Below the pieces are notes generated by a model. It saw only the letters and a list, made by a program, of their open reading frames with translations, had not been told where the DNA came from and ran no database searches. Shown in pieces: positions 12,494-25,645 of a DNA stretch of 64,000 nt. The stretch comes from the human T2T-CHM13v2.0 reference genome, Homo sapiens, in NCBI RefSeq assembly GCF_009914755.1, contig NC_060928.1. One strand, 5' to 3'. Numbering within the stretch: the first letter of the stretch is position 1; each line of letters opens with the position of its first letter. The translations under genes were made by a program, and so were the position numbers.

Positions 12494-14111
12494 AAATGCT
12501 TACAATGGGCTAGGCACTGTTCTCAGTGATTTACAAACACACTCTCACTTAATTTTCTCAACAACCTGATGAAGTGGGCAGAGCTGCTCCTCACAGTGAC
12601 CAACCTGGTTGTTTACAGATTGTCCCCATCATAACTGGTCAATGCCATGCCAACCAGTTACTAAATGCTTGTAATATCACTTGTGGAATACACACTATAA
12701 TGGCATCTGGCTAAGAGATGAGGAAGCTAAAGCTTAGAGAAGTAAGGTGACACATACAAGGTTACAGGGCAGCACCAGCAATATTCTAGCCCATCCCCTC
12801 ACTTCACTCCAAACTTCTCTGAGGCTTGTGTCTACTGCAAAGGGGGCGGATTTCAAATAGTTTGTCTGCCCGTCAATTACCAACTATGTGCACTTGGATG
12901 AGTAATTAACCTCTATGTCCCTAGTTTTCCTCATCTATAAAATGGGGCCATAACATCTAACTCAAATATTTGTCATGAGGTCTAAACTAAACAACTGTGG
13001 TCACCAGAACTCCTGGCTTGTGGCAGGCACTGAATTATTATTCTTACTAATTTGTTATTGCTATTAAAGAAAAGCCCCTCCAAAAGGTACTTAAAACCCT
13101 CTATGACCTACTCCCCTCATTGTTCCTCATATCTAACGTGTCTCTGCCTGCCTGTCCCCTACCCACAATAATCACATAAATATGAAATGCGTTTTTATTC
13201 TTTAAGCTTTTGTTTACACTGGTCTTGGATTGCCTTTCCCATTTCTTCACCTATTAAAAAAAAGTTTCTAAAACAAGTATCTAGGCTTAGCTCCAGTACC
13301 ACCTTCCAGAAAAGTCTTCTGCAATCTCTCCACCAGATTCAACCATTTTAAACTACCCACGCACGTTTTTTTTACCTCTAGTGAGCAATTTATTCTTTAC
13401 ATTTTTTTCATTATTTATTTATCCATCCATCTCCCTTAAGGGCTAGAACCTCTTTGACTCATGTCTGCACTCCCCACAGTATCTAATCAAATGTATGGAA
13501 GGGAGGAAAGAGAAGAGAGGTGGTGAGAAGAAAAAGGGACAGTCCAGAGCTAGTTCAGTAGAGGGTAAGATGGGAGAGCATCTGGGAGAGGTCAGGGAGG
13601 AGTTCTGGTTGACCAGGGCTGTTGAATCATCAGTACCCTGGGCATCATGCAACAGGATGAAATGTTCAGGTCCTGATTTCCCATGTGGGCCCCAATTAGC
13701 CAAGTGACTTTTATCAAGCTGATTTACCTCTCTGGGCCTCAGTATTCTTCTTTGTAAAATGAAGGTAGTGCACTATGTCTCAAGGAACTCTTCCAACACT
13801 GAATTCCATGCTTCTCTCTGCCCCACCTCCAGACACCTTGCCATTACCCCTAAGACTGCAATGACCACGCTGTGGTGTCACTGCCTGCCTCCTCCATCAA
13901 ACTCTGAACCCCTCTAGAAGTACCATGCACTGAGTCTCATTAGCAACTGCCTCCTTTGCCCTTAGCACGAGACCTGGAACTGTTTTCCCCAAATGAATGA
14001 ATAAATACATGGCCCGAAAGAATGGAGAGTTCTGAAAACTCCAGAGCAGAAGTGTGGGTTCAGGTAGAGCTGGGAATTTTAGTGGCTTCTGAGGTCAGAG
14101 TGAGATGTGAT

Positions 14112-14240
14112 CAGGCCCCTCCATACGTCCTAGTCTGCCTGCGACAGTTCCAGTTATTGCTTGTTGTCCCAGTGTAATTATTACAGTCTCCCCTTTGACT
14201 CCCATGTGTCCTCTTTGGACAATAAATTAAATGATCACCA
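14112..14240. mobile_element. MER94-like hAT-Blackjack DNA element
   Basis: CATACGTCCTAGTCTGCCTG.GACAG..GTTGTCCCAGTGTAATTATTA..TTTGGACAATAAATTAAATGATCACC. Confidence 0.7.
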
Positions 14241-14264
14241 TGGAAATGAGGGTGCCTTGTGCTT

Positions 14265-14480
14265 TAAGTACTGACCATGTACCAGATGCTTCAATCAGCT
14301 CTTTCCTTACATGATCTTTACTAATTCACCCCAAACCCTTAATATAGGTATTATTATCCCCACTTTACAGACAAAAAAAACTGAGTCTCAGAAAGTTCAT
14401 ATGAATGACCAAAGACCTCAGAGCCATTAATAAATAGAGGACTGACTGAATTCAAAGTCCCACTCTTTCTACTGGACCAT
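14265..14480 (-). mobile_element. MIR
   Basis: TAGGTATTATTATCCCCACTTTACAGA..AAACTGAGTCTCAGAAAG. Confidence 0.75.
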
Positions 14481-15119
14481 GTGGTTGGATCACGGGGGTA
14501 GTGGGAACCAGGAAAGGTCATGGTTCTCTGGGCTCAGGGTCAGATTTCTCTCACTCTTACCTCCCTTGTTACATTCTCTCAATTCCTCATTTTTCTTTGC
14601 TGGGTCCTGTCTCCTCTCCAAACCCCAGAATGGCCACAGTGGGCATTTCTCTCCTCTTTCCATCACCTTTCCTTTGCTACTTCCAGAAGTAAGTCTGTAA
14701 GAGAGGACTGTGCTTTGTAACTCAAACTCTTTGAGCAGAGTGCATAGCAGGAGTTGACCTTCACAGTGCCAGGGAGGGTCATGCCCAGCGGACTCAGAGG
14801 CATACACTGTGGCTTCATGAGACTGCTGTCATGGAGAAGGATGTAGGCTTTTTGAGTCTGCCTGTCTGGGTTTGAGTCTACATCAGCCACCTTCAACTAT
14901 TTGATGTTGGGATAATTGTTTCATCCCTCACAACCTCTGTTTCTTCATCTGTAGCTGTCCATTGCCTCTGATTGTCACAAGAAGACTTGTTCTCACCAGT
15001 TCCTGGTTGAGAGGAACAGTGAAGACTAGGGCTTGGGATTTTACATGTCCTGATGGAAACTCTGCCTCTCCGTAACCTAGATACTGTGGGCAAATCCCTA
15101 TTTCATCCCCCTAAGCCTC

Positions 15120-15890
15120 CAAGGCATCACCTAGATAGAACCTAAAATTCCTCCCACCTATGTCCCTCCTCACTCCACACCTACTACCCACTGCAGTCCT
15201 CTCAGTCCTGAATTTAAAGCAATAGCCTCCCATTCTGCCCCTTTCCCTTCCTTCCACCAATTTATTCTCCACTCTGATTCCAGATGGATTTCTTTTAAAG
15301 TGAAAATCTATTCATATCACTTGCCTACTTAAAATTCTTCAATCGTTTCCTCTTGCCCTCAGAATCAAGTTCAACCTCCTCCTCAGAGAGAATTACATGG
15401 CCAGGGCACCATCCTGCCCTCTCCCCCTCGTTTCTTACTCTCTAGCCACAGTGAACTTCTCTTGGTTCTGTTAAGAGGCCATATTCCCTCCCACTGCCAG
15501 GCTCTCATGATGCTTTTCTCTGTTTCTAGAATGTTCTTCTCCCCTGCCCATTCCCCACTCCACTCACTCACCCACACCTCATCTAGTTAACTCTTCCTTG
15601 TCATGTGAATCTCAGTCTGAACCTTGCTTTAAAGGAAATAAGCCTTTCCTTTCCCCACCTGCCAACCTAGTTCACTCATTTACAGGTGTCAGAGCCCCTT
15701 GTACTTCTTCCCTTTTAAAATTCAGTCCACTCAAAGTGACTTAGTCAGTGGCTGTCTTCACTACTAGTCTGTAAGCCCCACAGGAGCCCAGAGCACATCT
15801 GACTTGCATCCCACTATATCCCTACACGCTGGTGAATCAGAAGCAAGCCAGAAATGTCACATATTCATTCACTCACTCATTCATTTGTGC
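15120..15890 (+). mobile_element. L2
   Basis: GCAATAGCCTCC, ATCACTTGCCTACTTAAAATTCTTCAAT, CTAGTCTGTAAGCCCCA..GAGC. Confidence 0.7.
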
Positions 15891-16316
15891 ATTAATTCTT
15901 TCCATTGTAGTGGGTGGGCATTTCTTTTTTTCATCACCTTTTCTCTGCGACTTCCAGAGATTAATCTGTAGAAGAGGACTGTGTTTTGTAATTCACAGAG
16001 GAGAAAGACTCACAAAATCTTTGAGCATAATACATTGCAGGCGTCTTTGCAGTATAAGAGGTTAAGTGTCTTTTAGATCGTCTGCCCTGATGCCTGACCC
16101 CGGTATGGACCCCTTCCCTTTCCTCTCCTCTAATCTCAAGTTGTGAAGCTCCTCGCTCTGTCTGAAAACCCATCCCAGCAGTGGGATCAGGTAGAGCAGC
16201 GAATGACTGACAAATGAAATTTAAGATAAGACACTGAGAGAAGAAGAAGTTTGAAGAAAGAAGCAACAGGATCAAAAATGGCCAAGAGGTGGGTGTGGCA
16301 TAAGAGAAAAAAAGGG

Positions 16317-16612
<296 letters not shown>

Positions 16613-16849
16613 GAGAGAGAGAGAGAGGGAGAAAGGGAGAAATTATGAATGCATCCTGAGAGACTAAGACTAAACTGTCCCACCTAAAATTGGACTAGAT
16701 AAGCCATCTGAACTTCTAACACCCTGTGGATTCTGGATGATGGAAGCATTTCTTGCTGAAGCCTAAAATAAAGAACTGATCAAATGCTTGCTAAAGTTCC
16801 CTGTAAATGCTTATAAATTGTTTATCTTTTTGTGTGAATCCTTTTTCAG

Positions 16850-17326
16850 CAAACACTGATGGCTATCCACTGGAAGCCATTTCTTCCTTCTTCATTAGGA
16901 ATAGAATCAAAGCTGGGGTACAGTCAGCTTCAATTATGCCTACATTTCCCCGGCTCCCTTACAACTAGCCATGCATACTAAGTGTATGGTTAGGTTAGAT
17001 CAACAGGAAGTGAGTGGCAATGAAATGTGCAACTTCTGTGCCATCTCCAGGTTGCTTGCCCAGGAGATCCTCTATATCCCTTCACATGAGGTGCATCTCA
17101 GAGGGACCATATAGACAGGACAATGCTCTAAGGAATGGTAGAGTCATAAGACGAAAAGACGGGAACTTGGCCCACGAATGGCCATATGAATCTGAGCCAG
17201 CACATCAGCCTCAATTGCTCACTTTGGGAATGTTACATGAGGATGAATAAGCTTCTATCTCCCTTAAGTCAAGGTATTTTGGGGTATCTTCATTATAGCG
17301 GGTTAGCCTCTACCCAGATTCATAGA
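16850..17326 (+). mobile_element. ERVL solo LTR (LTR16-like)
   Basis: CCATTTCTTCCTTCTTC..AATAGAA, TACATTTCCC.GGCTCCCTT.CAACTAG, GAATAAGCTTCTATCT..TTAAG. Confidence 0.55.
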
Positions 17327-19167
17327 GGGTGTTTCTTTCCAGGTCAGAAGGTATAGAGCTGGGTTTTCAATGATTGGATTTGTGAAACAACAAAGAGCTT
17401 CCAGAATGTATGTTGTTTCTTAACAGCATATAGCAATTCTAATGGTACTCCCTTGGGACTTATTTGGCCAAGCAAAGCAAAGCACATTAAATATCATGCA
17501 CGTTGAATTGAGATGCATTTTGAGGTTCCTATGAAAATATATGCAAATCTTTTATCTATTTTCTATATAGCTCAGTTGGTATGCAAATGCTATTTAAGGT
17601 TCAGCTCAATACTGCCTCCCTGAAGAAGGCTTCCCTGAACTCTTCCTGCAGATCCAGTCAGTCTACCCTTTCTTAGGTGTCCCATGTCATTGTACCAGTA
17701 AATCTTCTCTACCCAGAGGAGGATCTGTGTGCAATTTCTCTCTTCAATCAAGTTGTAAGCTGCATCACTGCTTTGCATCATCACTTATTTACTTAATAAA
17801 CATCTATTATGTACCAAGTACCGTGCTGGGTGCTGGGGACAGAGAGTTGAATGAGACACAGTAATGGTCCGCAGAGTCTGATGGATGGAAAGAGACATGT
17901 AGATGAAAAATGACCATTTTTTTTTTATTGCCACGTGTAGTGTGGCATGTGCTACTGCAGTATCATGAATCTGGGTAGGCAGCTCCAGAGCTTGGTCTCT
18001 CAACTACCATGCTCTCTGATGATCCCCAAATGCTTATCTCTAGGACAGGCTTATCTCCTGACGGTCAGCCGACTGCAACCCCGCTGGGATGATGACACAC
18101 TCTGACACTTGGGTTTTATCTTTGGGCTTCCCCACAGTCACCACGAACTGCCCTAGGTCCAAACTCACCAGATTGTTCACATTAAATATGTGCAGTTCAT
18201 TGTATGTCAATTATACCCAAAAAAGATTTTAAAAAAAACTCCCCAGAAATGAAACTGAACAGAGGGCCACTAAAGAGTGCATGGACTTGTCTCTGTCCCA
18301 GAGAACTCTAACTGTGCATCAGGAAGTTTTACACGTGGCTGGTTTATAGTGGGCTTGATTTGAGCCTCTGTGGGTATACCTAGAATCTCTGCTATTTGGG
18401 CCTCTTCCTTTAGTCTGATTAAGATTTTTAAATAAGAGACTTTCTTGTGAAATGTCTTTGATCTAAAAGCAAATTTTTAAATTGCAGGGTCAGAGAAAAC
18501 CGAAGTCCCAAGAAAGGAAATCAAACCTACAAATTTAATTAAAATGTAACAAAGAAAGCAACTGATTATGAAGGTCGTGAAGACAATGGGGCCTAGTTAT
18601 ATAATTGTTTTATCTATTTTCTTATTTACAAAGCCATTTTGCCAAATACAGGTTTTAAGGCAGGATCTGGGTATCTGTAAGTGAATCTAGCACAGGCAAT
18701 AGCATATGGTAGGGGCTCAGCAAATGTTTGCTGAATCCAGATTGATTTCTCATAAGACCCCACTCCTCTCCCTCTTATCCAACTGTAATACATCCTGTAT
18801 AGTTTGAGCTAAAGGCTCAGGCTTAGCCTGAGGCTGCAGAGAGAACAAGGTCAAGGTTAATTAGGAACAGCCAAAATTCCTCTAATGACAGGATTTGGGA
18901 CTTTTAAGGACAAGCTCTTAGAGTTCATATGCTCCAAAGTTTTACTCAGTGGAAGAAGGAACAGGAGCCTGTAAGGAAACCCAAACTCTTGCACAATGTT
19001 TTGGGCAGAGCTGGGTGGGGAGGGAGATAAATCTAATCAGTAAGAAAATCCAAGGTTTTTTTCAGAACTTGAGTTACATTCCAAAGGGTAGAATATTTAC
19101 TTGGATTTTAAGATAAGAGCAAATCAGGGAGTAACACTACAAGTGAAGTTTTAATCAGATGCATTGT

Positions 19168-19590
19168 ATTAGACTGAATAAAGAAAATGTAGTACGATAC
19201 ACCACGGAATCCTATGCAGCCATAAAAAGAATGAAATAATGTCCTTTGCAGCAACATGGATGCAGCTAGAGGCCATTATTCTAAGCAAATCAACACAAGA
19301 ACAAAGAACTAAATGTTGCATGTTTTCCCTTATAAGTGGGAGTTAAACATGGGATACTCATGGACATAAAGATGGGAACAATAAACACCGGGTATTAATA
19401 GAGGGGGAAGAGAGGAAGAGAGACAAGGGCTGAAAAACTACCTGTTGGGTAGTATGCTCACTACTTGGGTGACAGGTTCATTCATACCTCAAACCTCAGC
19501 ATCTCACAGCGTACCCAGGTAAAAAAGCTGCACATGTACTCCATGAATCTAAAATAAAAGTTGAAATTATAAAAATAAAATTTTAAAAAT
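19168..19590 (+). mobile_element. L1PA13-16/L1PB-type 3' end
   Basis: GCAGCCATAAAAAGAATGAAATAATGTCCTTTGCAGCAACATGGATGCAGCT ... GAATCTAAAATAAAAGTTGAAATT. Confidence 0.9.
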
Positions 19591-19883
19591 TTAAAATGCA
19601 ACATGCATCCTGCCTCCTAGTTCTGCATTCCCTTCTCCCACTGGTTTGGCTGCAAAGGAACACAGGACATTGACAATAATCACTCGGACAACTAGCAGGG
19701 AGATTTGTCCTGGAAGCAGCTAGGACATGGGCTGCAGAGAAACTGATCCTATCCAGCCAAGATGACTCATTGGATCAATAGCATCATTAACAGGAGTCCC
19801 CTGAAGGAAAGTGCCCACCACAAAGCTGACTCCTACTCTATCTCAGATGGTCCTATGTGCACATGTAAAAGAGTCAGATCCAA

Positions 19884-20186
19884 GGCCAGGTGTGGTGGCT
19901 CACGCCTGTAATGCCAGCACTTTGAGAGGCCAAGGCAGGCAGATCACTTGAGCCCAGGAGTTTGAGACCAGCCTAGGCAACATGGTGAGACCTCATCTCT
20001 ACAAAAAATACAAAAATTAGTGGGGTATGGTGGCATGTGCGTATAGTCCCAGCTACTCAGGAGGCTGAGGTGGGAGGATCTCTTGAGCCCAGGAGCACTG
20101 AGGCTGCAGTGAGCCGTGATCATGCCACTGCACTCCAGCCTGGGTGACACAGAGCAAAACCCTGTCTCAAAACAAAAAAAAAAAAA
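19884..20186 (+). mobile_element. AluJ
   Basis: TTGAGCCCAGGAGTTTGAGACCAGCCTAGGCAAC; GGTGGGAGGATC; GAGGCTGCAGTGAGCCGTGATC. Confidence 0.93.
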
Positions 20187-20651
20187 GGGCCAGGAAAGGA
20201 GAAGAGGGGATAGCCCAGACTGGGTGAGAGGAAGGGTAAGGCCAAGAAGCAACCAGCAAACTGCATGTGGGAGCTAGTACCTAAGCCTTGAAAAAGGACT
20301 CTCAGGGCTGTAAGCTAAAGGGAGAGTCCAGACTCTGCCTGCAATAGTGCCCCTGTGATCATCAGCTCTAACCCTATGATAACAACGGCTACCATGTATT
20401 GTGTCCCCAGCACTGAGGAGAAGGTGAGAGCCAGCGTAGTCTTGGGGGTGTGAGGGTGGCACTAGGAACAGCTGTGTCCTGGAGAAGTGTAACTTATGAG
20501 ATAGGACGAGGCGGCAGAGGTAAGCTGTTTTGCACTCTAAGTAGTTTGGACTTTCTCCTAGGACAGTGGGGAGCCATGGCCAGATTCAAAGCATGGTAGT
20601 TCCCAGGGTTTAGGTGACTTATCTGGAGGCTGTGTAGAGAACAGGTTAGCA

Positions 20652-20820
20652 CAGCGGCTCTCCAAGCACTGTCCCCAATCAGCAGCATCAGCGACACCGG
20701 AAGACTTGTTAGAAATGCACATTCTCAGGCCTCATCTCAGACCAAATGAATCAGAATCTGGGTGGGAGCTTAGAATCTGTGTTTTAATGAGTTTGAGAAG
20801 CATCGAGTTAGACACCAGCA
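20652..20820. mobile_element. MER5A-like hAT-Charlie element
   Basis: CAGCAGCATCAGC..ACTTGTTAGAAATGCACATTCTCAGGCC..GAATCAGAATCT..AATCTGTGTTTTAA. Confidence 0.8.
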
Positions 20821-21343
20821 TAACTGAGAGCACACCAGTTAGGACGCTGCTACTGGTGGCTCTAGAGAATGCTGAGAGAACATGCATGGGGGCAGTGGCA
20901 GTCCCTGCGAGGGGAGGATGTGAGTAGCATAAAGAGGCCAGAGGAGCAAGCCTTGGTGACACTCATGAGACAGAAGAAGAGGCCCAAGGAAATTTTACAG
21001 ATTCCTGGTTAGAAAGAAGTACCATTTGCCAAGAAAGGACACACAGGAAGTGGGGGAGAAGGAGAAACGAGTTAGTGGGGGACAACTGTGCAGGGGTCCT
21101 CCCCATCTTTTCCTTCCCTCCCTCCAGCTCACCAGGCCCTCAATCAGCTTCATCCCTGGGCAGTTCTAGAGGACCAGAGGGGAGCATGAAGATGGGACCC
21201 AATTCAGGATTATGGTCATCCCAGGAGGTCTGCTGTCAACTACTCTCTAGACAAGCCAGTCCTAGAGATAAACATCTGCGAATCGCCAGTTACTGGTTAG
21301 AGCACGGTGGTGAAGAGACCAAGCTCTGGAGCTGCCTGCATGG

Positions 21344-21784
21344 TGTTAAATAAAATTTATAGGTGGCCATTGATTGGGACTGAGCTCCTCCTGCAGTAGG
21401 CCCCCAAAGACCAAATCAAAATGGAGTCATTCATGCTAAAGTTCCACATCACCAAGCCATAATTAAGTTGTTTATATGACCTTCTGAAGAATTAGAAGAG
21501 GGAGAAATAGATAACAGCATATCCCCAAACAGGCCAGTTTAAACCTGATTAATAAGGAGGTCCCCTCCACTTTAACCTTTACAAGGAAAGGACTTTGAAA
21601 CGACCAATTCACTTTCTGTTCCTTGTGTCTACTTTCTTCAGCCTTTTCCTGTCTATAAATACTCACTCCCCACGTTGCAGATCAGAGATCTCCTCTTCTG
21701 CTTCTGTGGGTTGCCTGATTCATGAATCATTCTTCACTCACATAAACTCTTAAACTTACCTTGTCTAAAGTTTTTCTTGTATCA
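21344..21784 (+). mobile_element. ERV1 solo LTR (MER31-like) inserted in a MIR
   Basis: TGTTAAATAAAATTTATAGG.GGCCATTG..GGACTGAGCTCC..CAAAATGGAGTCA.TCATGCTAAAG; TG..CA ends; MIR halves at 21295-21343 and 21785-22000. Confidence 0.8.
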
Positions 21785-22599
21785 CTGGTCTCATGCTTTC
21801 TGTGCTATGATTTACTTGCTGTGTGACCTTGTGCAAGTTGCTCAGCCTCCATTTCCTCGTCTGTAAAATGGGAAGGGTAATAATAGGATACACATTTTAG
21901 GATGATTGTGAGAACAAAATGAGTTAGTACCTGCAAAGCATTTAGAACAGTTCCGGCAATGCTGTATTCATGCCAATGTTTTGCTATTATTATTGTCATT
22001 ATTACCATTTTTATAACCCATGGAAGTGAAGAGATTTGAGAAATCAACCAGGTCCTCTGAGATGGGAGGTCTAAAGGGCTCCTTTGCTCTGCTTCTATTG
22101 TAGTGGCTTGAATTCCAGTCCTGACTGCTGGGACGCATGCTTCTCTCTTCCTTCCAGGCCACTGTTCTTCCTTCCAACCTCCTCTCTGCTTATGCCTCCT
22201 CCTCATCATTGCTCTTCTCAGCTTTAATCAGTCGATACCACATTAGCTCTCAGGACATATTCAGTGCCTGGCCAGGCTGGAAAACAAATTTTCAAGAGGG
22301 GTAAGAGATCTTTAATCCATACATTTGTTGAACATCTAATGGGCACTGAGGCCTGGGAGATGGAGTCCCTGGCCTCCAGGAGCACTCTGGCTGAAGGGCA
22401 GCAAGGAGGGTGCAGAGCCACAGCAAGAGGCCCGAAGTAATAAGCTTTTCTCCCTCACTAGAACCTCCCACCCCCAATCCACTTAACAATTTGTGTTCTC
22501 ACTCTGGAATCATCAAAGCATAAGAAATCTGCTATTGGAACAGGAAATGCCAAGATAGCACAAGCTCTTTTTTTTTTTTTTTTTTTTTTTCCCCAAATG

Positions 22600-22810
22600 T
22601 CCCATCTTTTCTAATCTGGGCTTTTGAAGCAGAGCCCCTTGGCAGGGGGAGAGAAAGCACAATCCAAGCTCGGAACAGGCAGCGCTCCTGGAGAATGATG
22701 GGAAACAGCAGATACCAGCCCACACCCGGAGCAACTCGGGGCAGAGCCGAAGCCTGGGCCTCGGCAGCTGGGACTGATTCAACTTCCTGGTTTTAGCTGT
22801 GGTCAGCTGG
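22600..22810. promoter_or_regulatory. Candidate enhancer (local CpG retention with E-box/AP-1-like/ETS cluster)
   Basis: 6 CpGs in 22670-22765; CAGCTG at 22765 and 22804, TGATTCA at 22775, ACTTCCTG at 22782; long poly-T immediately upstream. Confidence 0.35.
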
Positions 22811-23964
22811 ATAGATGGATAGACTCAAATAGAATCCCAGAATGGGTTTTGAGAATGAAATAGAAAGAGAAAGGCCCTGGGGAACAGAAAGAAATCCCCA
22901 GAAATACAAAAGTTGGGGAGAGAGAAGGAGAAACATTGAGAGGAGGAGAAAAAGAGACCAAAACTGGAAAAGCTTCAAAGGAAGAAGGACCTAGGAGAGC
23001 GGCAAATGATGGAGAGATCTCATAACTTCTTTTCCAGCCGGTCCAAAGGAGCAGAGAAATTTGATCATGAAAACTGGAAGAAGCAGCTCAGAGAAGGGTC
23101 AGCAGAAGATAGCGTATCTGGTGACCCCGCCTTAGGCTTGGAATTACATGATGATTCCCCCAAACATAGCGCAGAGGTGAAGTGACCCACTGATTAGGAA
23201 AAATGTGTTCTGTCATCTCTGCAGGGCAAATGGCTTTATATTTTTTTCTTTTTCCAGTCTCTGAAAAAGGATCTCTTCTCCCCCACCATTCCCATCATCC
23301 TCACAAGTCTCGTTCACTGCACAGAAAGGCTGTTTTTACTGAGTCACATCTGGGCAAGCCAGAGTCTTTAACGGTATCTCATAATGGCACCAGCTTTTTA
23401 TGTGTGAGAAATAATGAAACACCTTATTGGTGAAACAAATATCAAAGTGCAAAAGCATTGCTCATGCAGAAAAAAACAGAGGAAAATTGCTTCCTTCTGC
23501 ATCCAACCCATAAGCACAAGTCCCTTCCAAATTGAGGTGTTTGTGTGTGTGTGTGTGTGTGTCTTTTTTGTTAGTGGTCTTTTTTGTTTCTGTTTAGAGT
23601 TTAATAAAATCCTAAGACAGTTGTTGCATTTCAAGAGGAACATACGGTCCTGTTATTAATGCAGAGTCACTAGTGATTATATCCTCAGACCTTCAAAAGG
23701 GACCCTCAGCCTTCATTCCACTCATCTGGAAAGATAAAGTGTTCTATCAAAAAAGTAATAAGTGCACAATATAGGAAAAAAAAAAAACGAAGAAAAAAGG
23801 AACCAATCCTAGTTCTACAACTCAAACAAAATTATTTATATCTTATTATAATTCTTCCCAGTCTTTTTTGTTCCTATATAGCGACTCTTCCATATTAAAT
23901 TTCCTTTCTTAAAAAATCGGTAATCATAGTAGAGCTCCTTGGAATTTTTTAAAAGGGAGACATG

Positions 23965-24428
23965 ATGGACATATGGAATTCTTGGCTTCCCAGCATCTAT
24001 GTCACCTTCCTTTGGTAATTGTGGCCATATTCTCCTTTGGGTATTACTTTTCCAGTGATATACCTGATGGGAATGTCACCTGGAATGTCCTGTGTTCCCC
24101 TAACCCTGGGGGGGGCATCTGACTCACATGAGGCCACTCAGATACTTCTATGCTTGGATGTGCACCTTGAATAAAGTGACAGAAAGAGATGAAAATAAAA
24201 AGATTTTAAGCTTATAAACCCAGTGCAATTGCCATGTAAGACTATTGCATTGTTCTTGCCACCTTTATACCCCTCCCCCTCCAGAAATGCCTTGGTTCCT
24301 AAGCCTGGTTCTCCAAACTTTAGTTAATTCTGTGAACTCTCTCATGCTCTTTCAGGAAGCTTTATTTTTGCTTAAGGCAAAAAGGGTCCATTTCTGTCAC
24401 TTGCAACCAAAGAATCCCAATGAAAATG
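23965..24428 (+). mobile_element. ERVL solo LTR (LTR33-like)
   Basis: GGCTTCCCAGCATC..CCTTCCTTTGGTAA start; end TTTGCTTAAGG..TTTCTGTCACTTGCAACCAAAGAATCC. Confidence 0.6.
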
Positions 24429-25063
24429 TGGCTAAAATGAGGATACGGATCATAAGAGATGCTGTATTATCTGAACAAAATAATAAGAGAATACATTCTG
24501 GAAAACATTGTTTAATTACTTGTAGGACAAAATATAATCAGTTGAGACTCCCAGAAATGTCGTAAAACACAAGATAGTACTAACATCTCATTAGATTTGG
24601 CACTGTTGATGAGAACATGAGTCCTAGAACCAGAAGGCCTGACTTAAATCCTTATTTTAACACGTACTAGCCTAGCCAGGTGACCTCAAGCAGGTTGCTG
24701 AACCTCCCTGTGCCACAGTGTCCTCATCTAAAGAAGATGAAATAAGAGAGCAAATTTCAGGGGTTACATGATAAATACATGCAATGGCTTAAAACAGAAA
24801 TCATTCAGTGTAATGCTAGTTCTTATAAGAATTTGCTTTTCAGTGTCAGAATGATTGAAACCAATCACAATCTTCTAGTTGGATTCTGTTTCTTTCACTT
24901 AATTTGGCAATCTTTCCCTTCTAATGGGAATAGTAGGTTTCATTTAATGTACTATTGAGATAGTTGTGGTTAATTTTACCATCTTCTTGTTTAATATTTC
25001 TTTTGGATTCCTGACTTCTTTGGGAGATATTAAATGTCCCATCTCCTTCTCCTTATAGAGAGG

Positions 25064-25115
<52 letters not shown>

Positions 25116-25219
25116 AAGAAAATAATAGGTCAATAGATAGTAAATTATAGGTAGATAGGTAGGTAGGGAAGCAAGCAGGTAGATAGATGATACATAGGTA
25201 GATAAATAGGTAGAAAATA

Positions 25220-25250
<31 letters not shown>
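25064..25250. repeat. (TAGA)n tetranucleotide STR with degenerate TAGG/GACA tail
   Basis: About 12 perfect TAGA units at 25064-25113, followed by TAGG/TAGA/CAGA variants. Confidence 0.97.
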
Positions 25251-25253
25251 CAA

Positions 25254-25600
25254 TGTGAGCCCATTCTCATGCTGCTGATAAAGATATGCCCAAGACTAGG
25301 TAATTTATAAAGAAAAAGAGGTTTAATTGACTCAGTTTCACATGGCTGGGGAGGACTGACAATCATGGTGGAAGGCAAAAGGCATGTCTCACATGGTGAT
25401 GGACAGAGAGAGAGCTTGTGCAGGGAAAGTCCCCTTATAAAACCATCAGAGCTTGTGAGATTTATCCACTATCATGAGAACAGCACAGGAAAGACCCATG
25501 ATTCAATTACCTCCCACCAGGTCCCTCCCATGACAGGTGGCAATTGTGGGAGCTACAGTTCAAGATGAAATTTGGGTGGGGACACAGCCAAACTATATTA
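25254..25600 (-). mobile_element. THE1B-like MaLR solo LTR
   Basis: CATGCTGCTGATAAAGA.ATGCCCAAGACT.GGTAATTTATAAAG ... TTTGGGTGGGGACACAGCCAAAC. Confidence 0.88.
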
Positions 25601-25628
25601 CTATATGATGCATACGTAGATATATAAG

Positions 25629-25645
25629 TAGGTAGGTAGGTAGAT

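Noticed and set aside
10328-13958. Repeat-spacer arrangement as a CRISPR-like array or new transposon family
   Set aside because: Only two copies of each unit, irregular spacing, no TIR/TSD/poly-A, and a eukaryotic context
16185-16296. Purine-rich stretch ending AG|GTGGGT that looks like an exon
   Set aside because: No polypyrimidine acceptor, and stop codons in the plus-strand frames; cannot be supported as a coding exon
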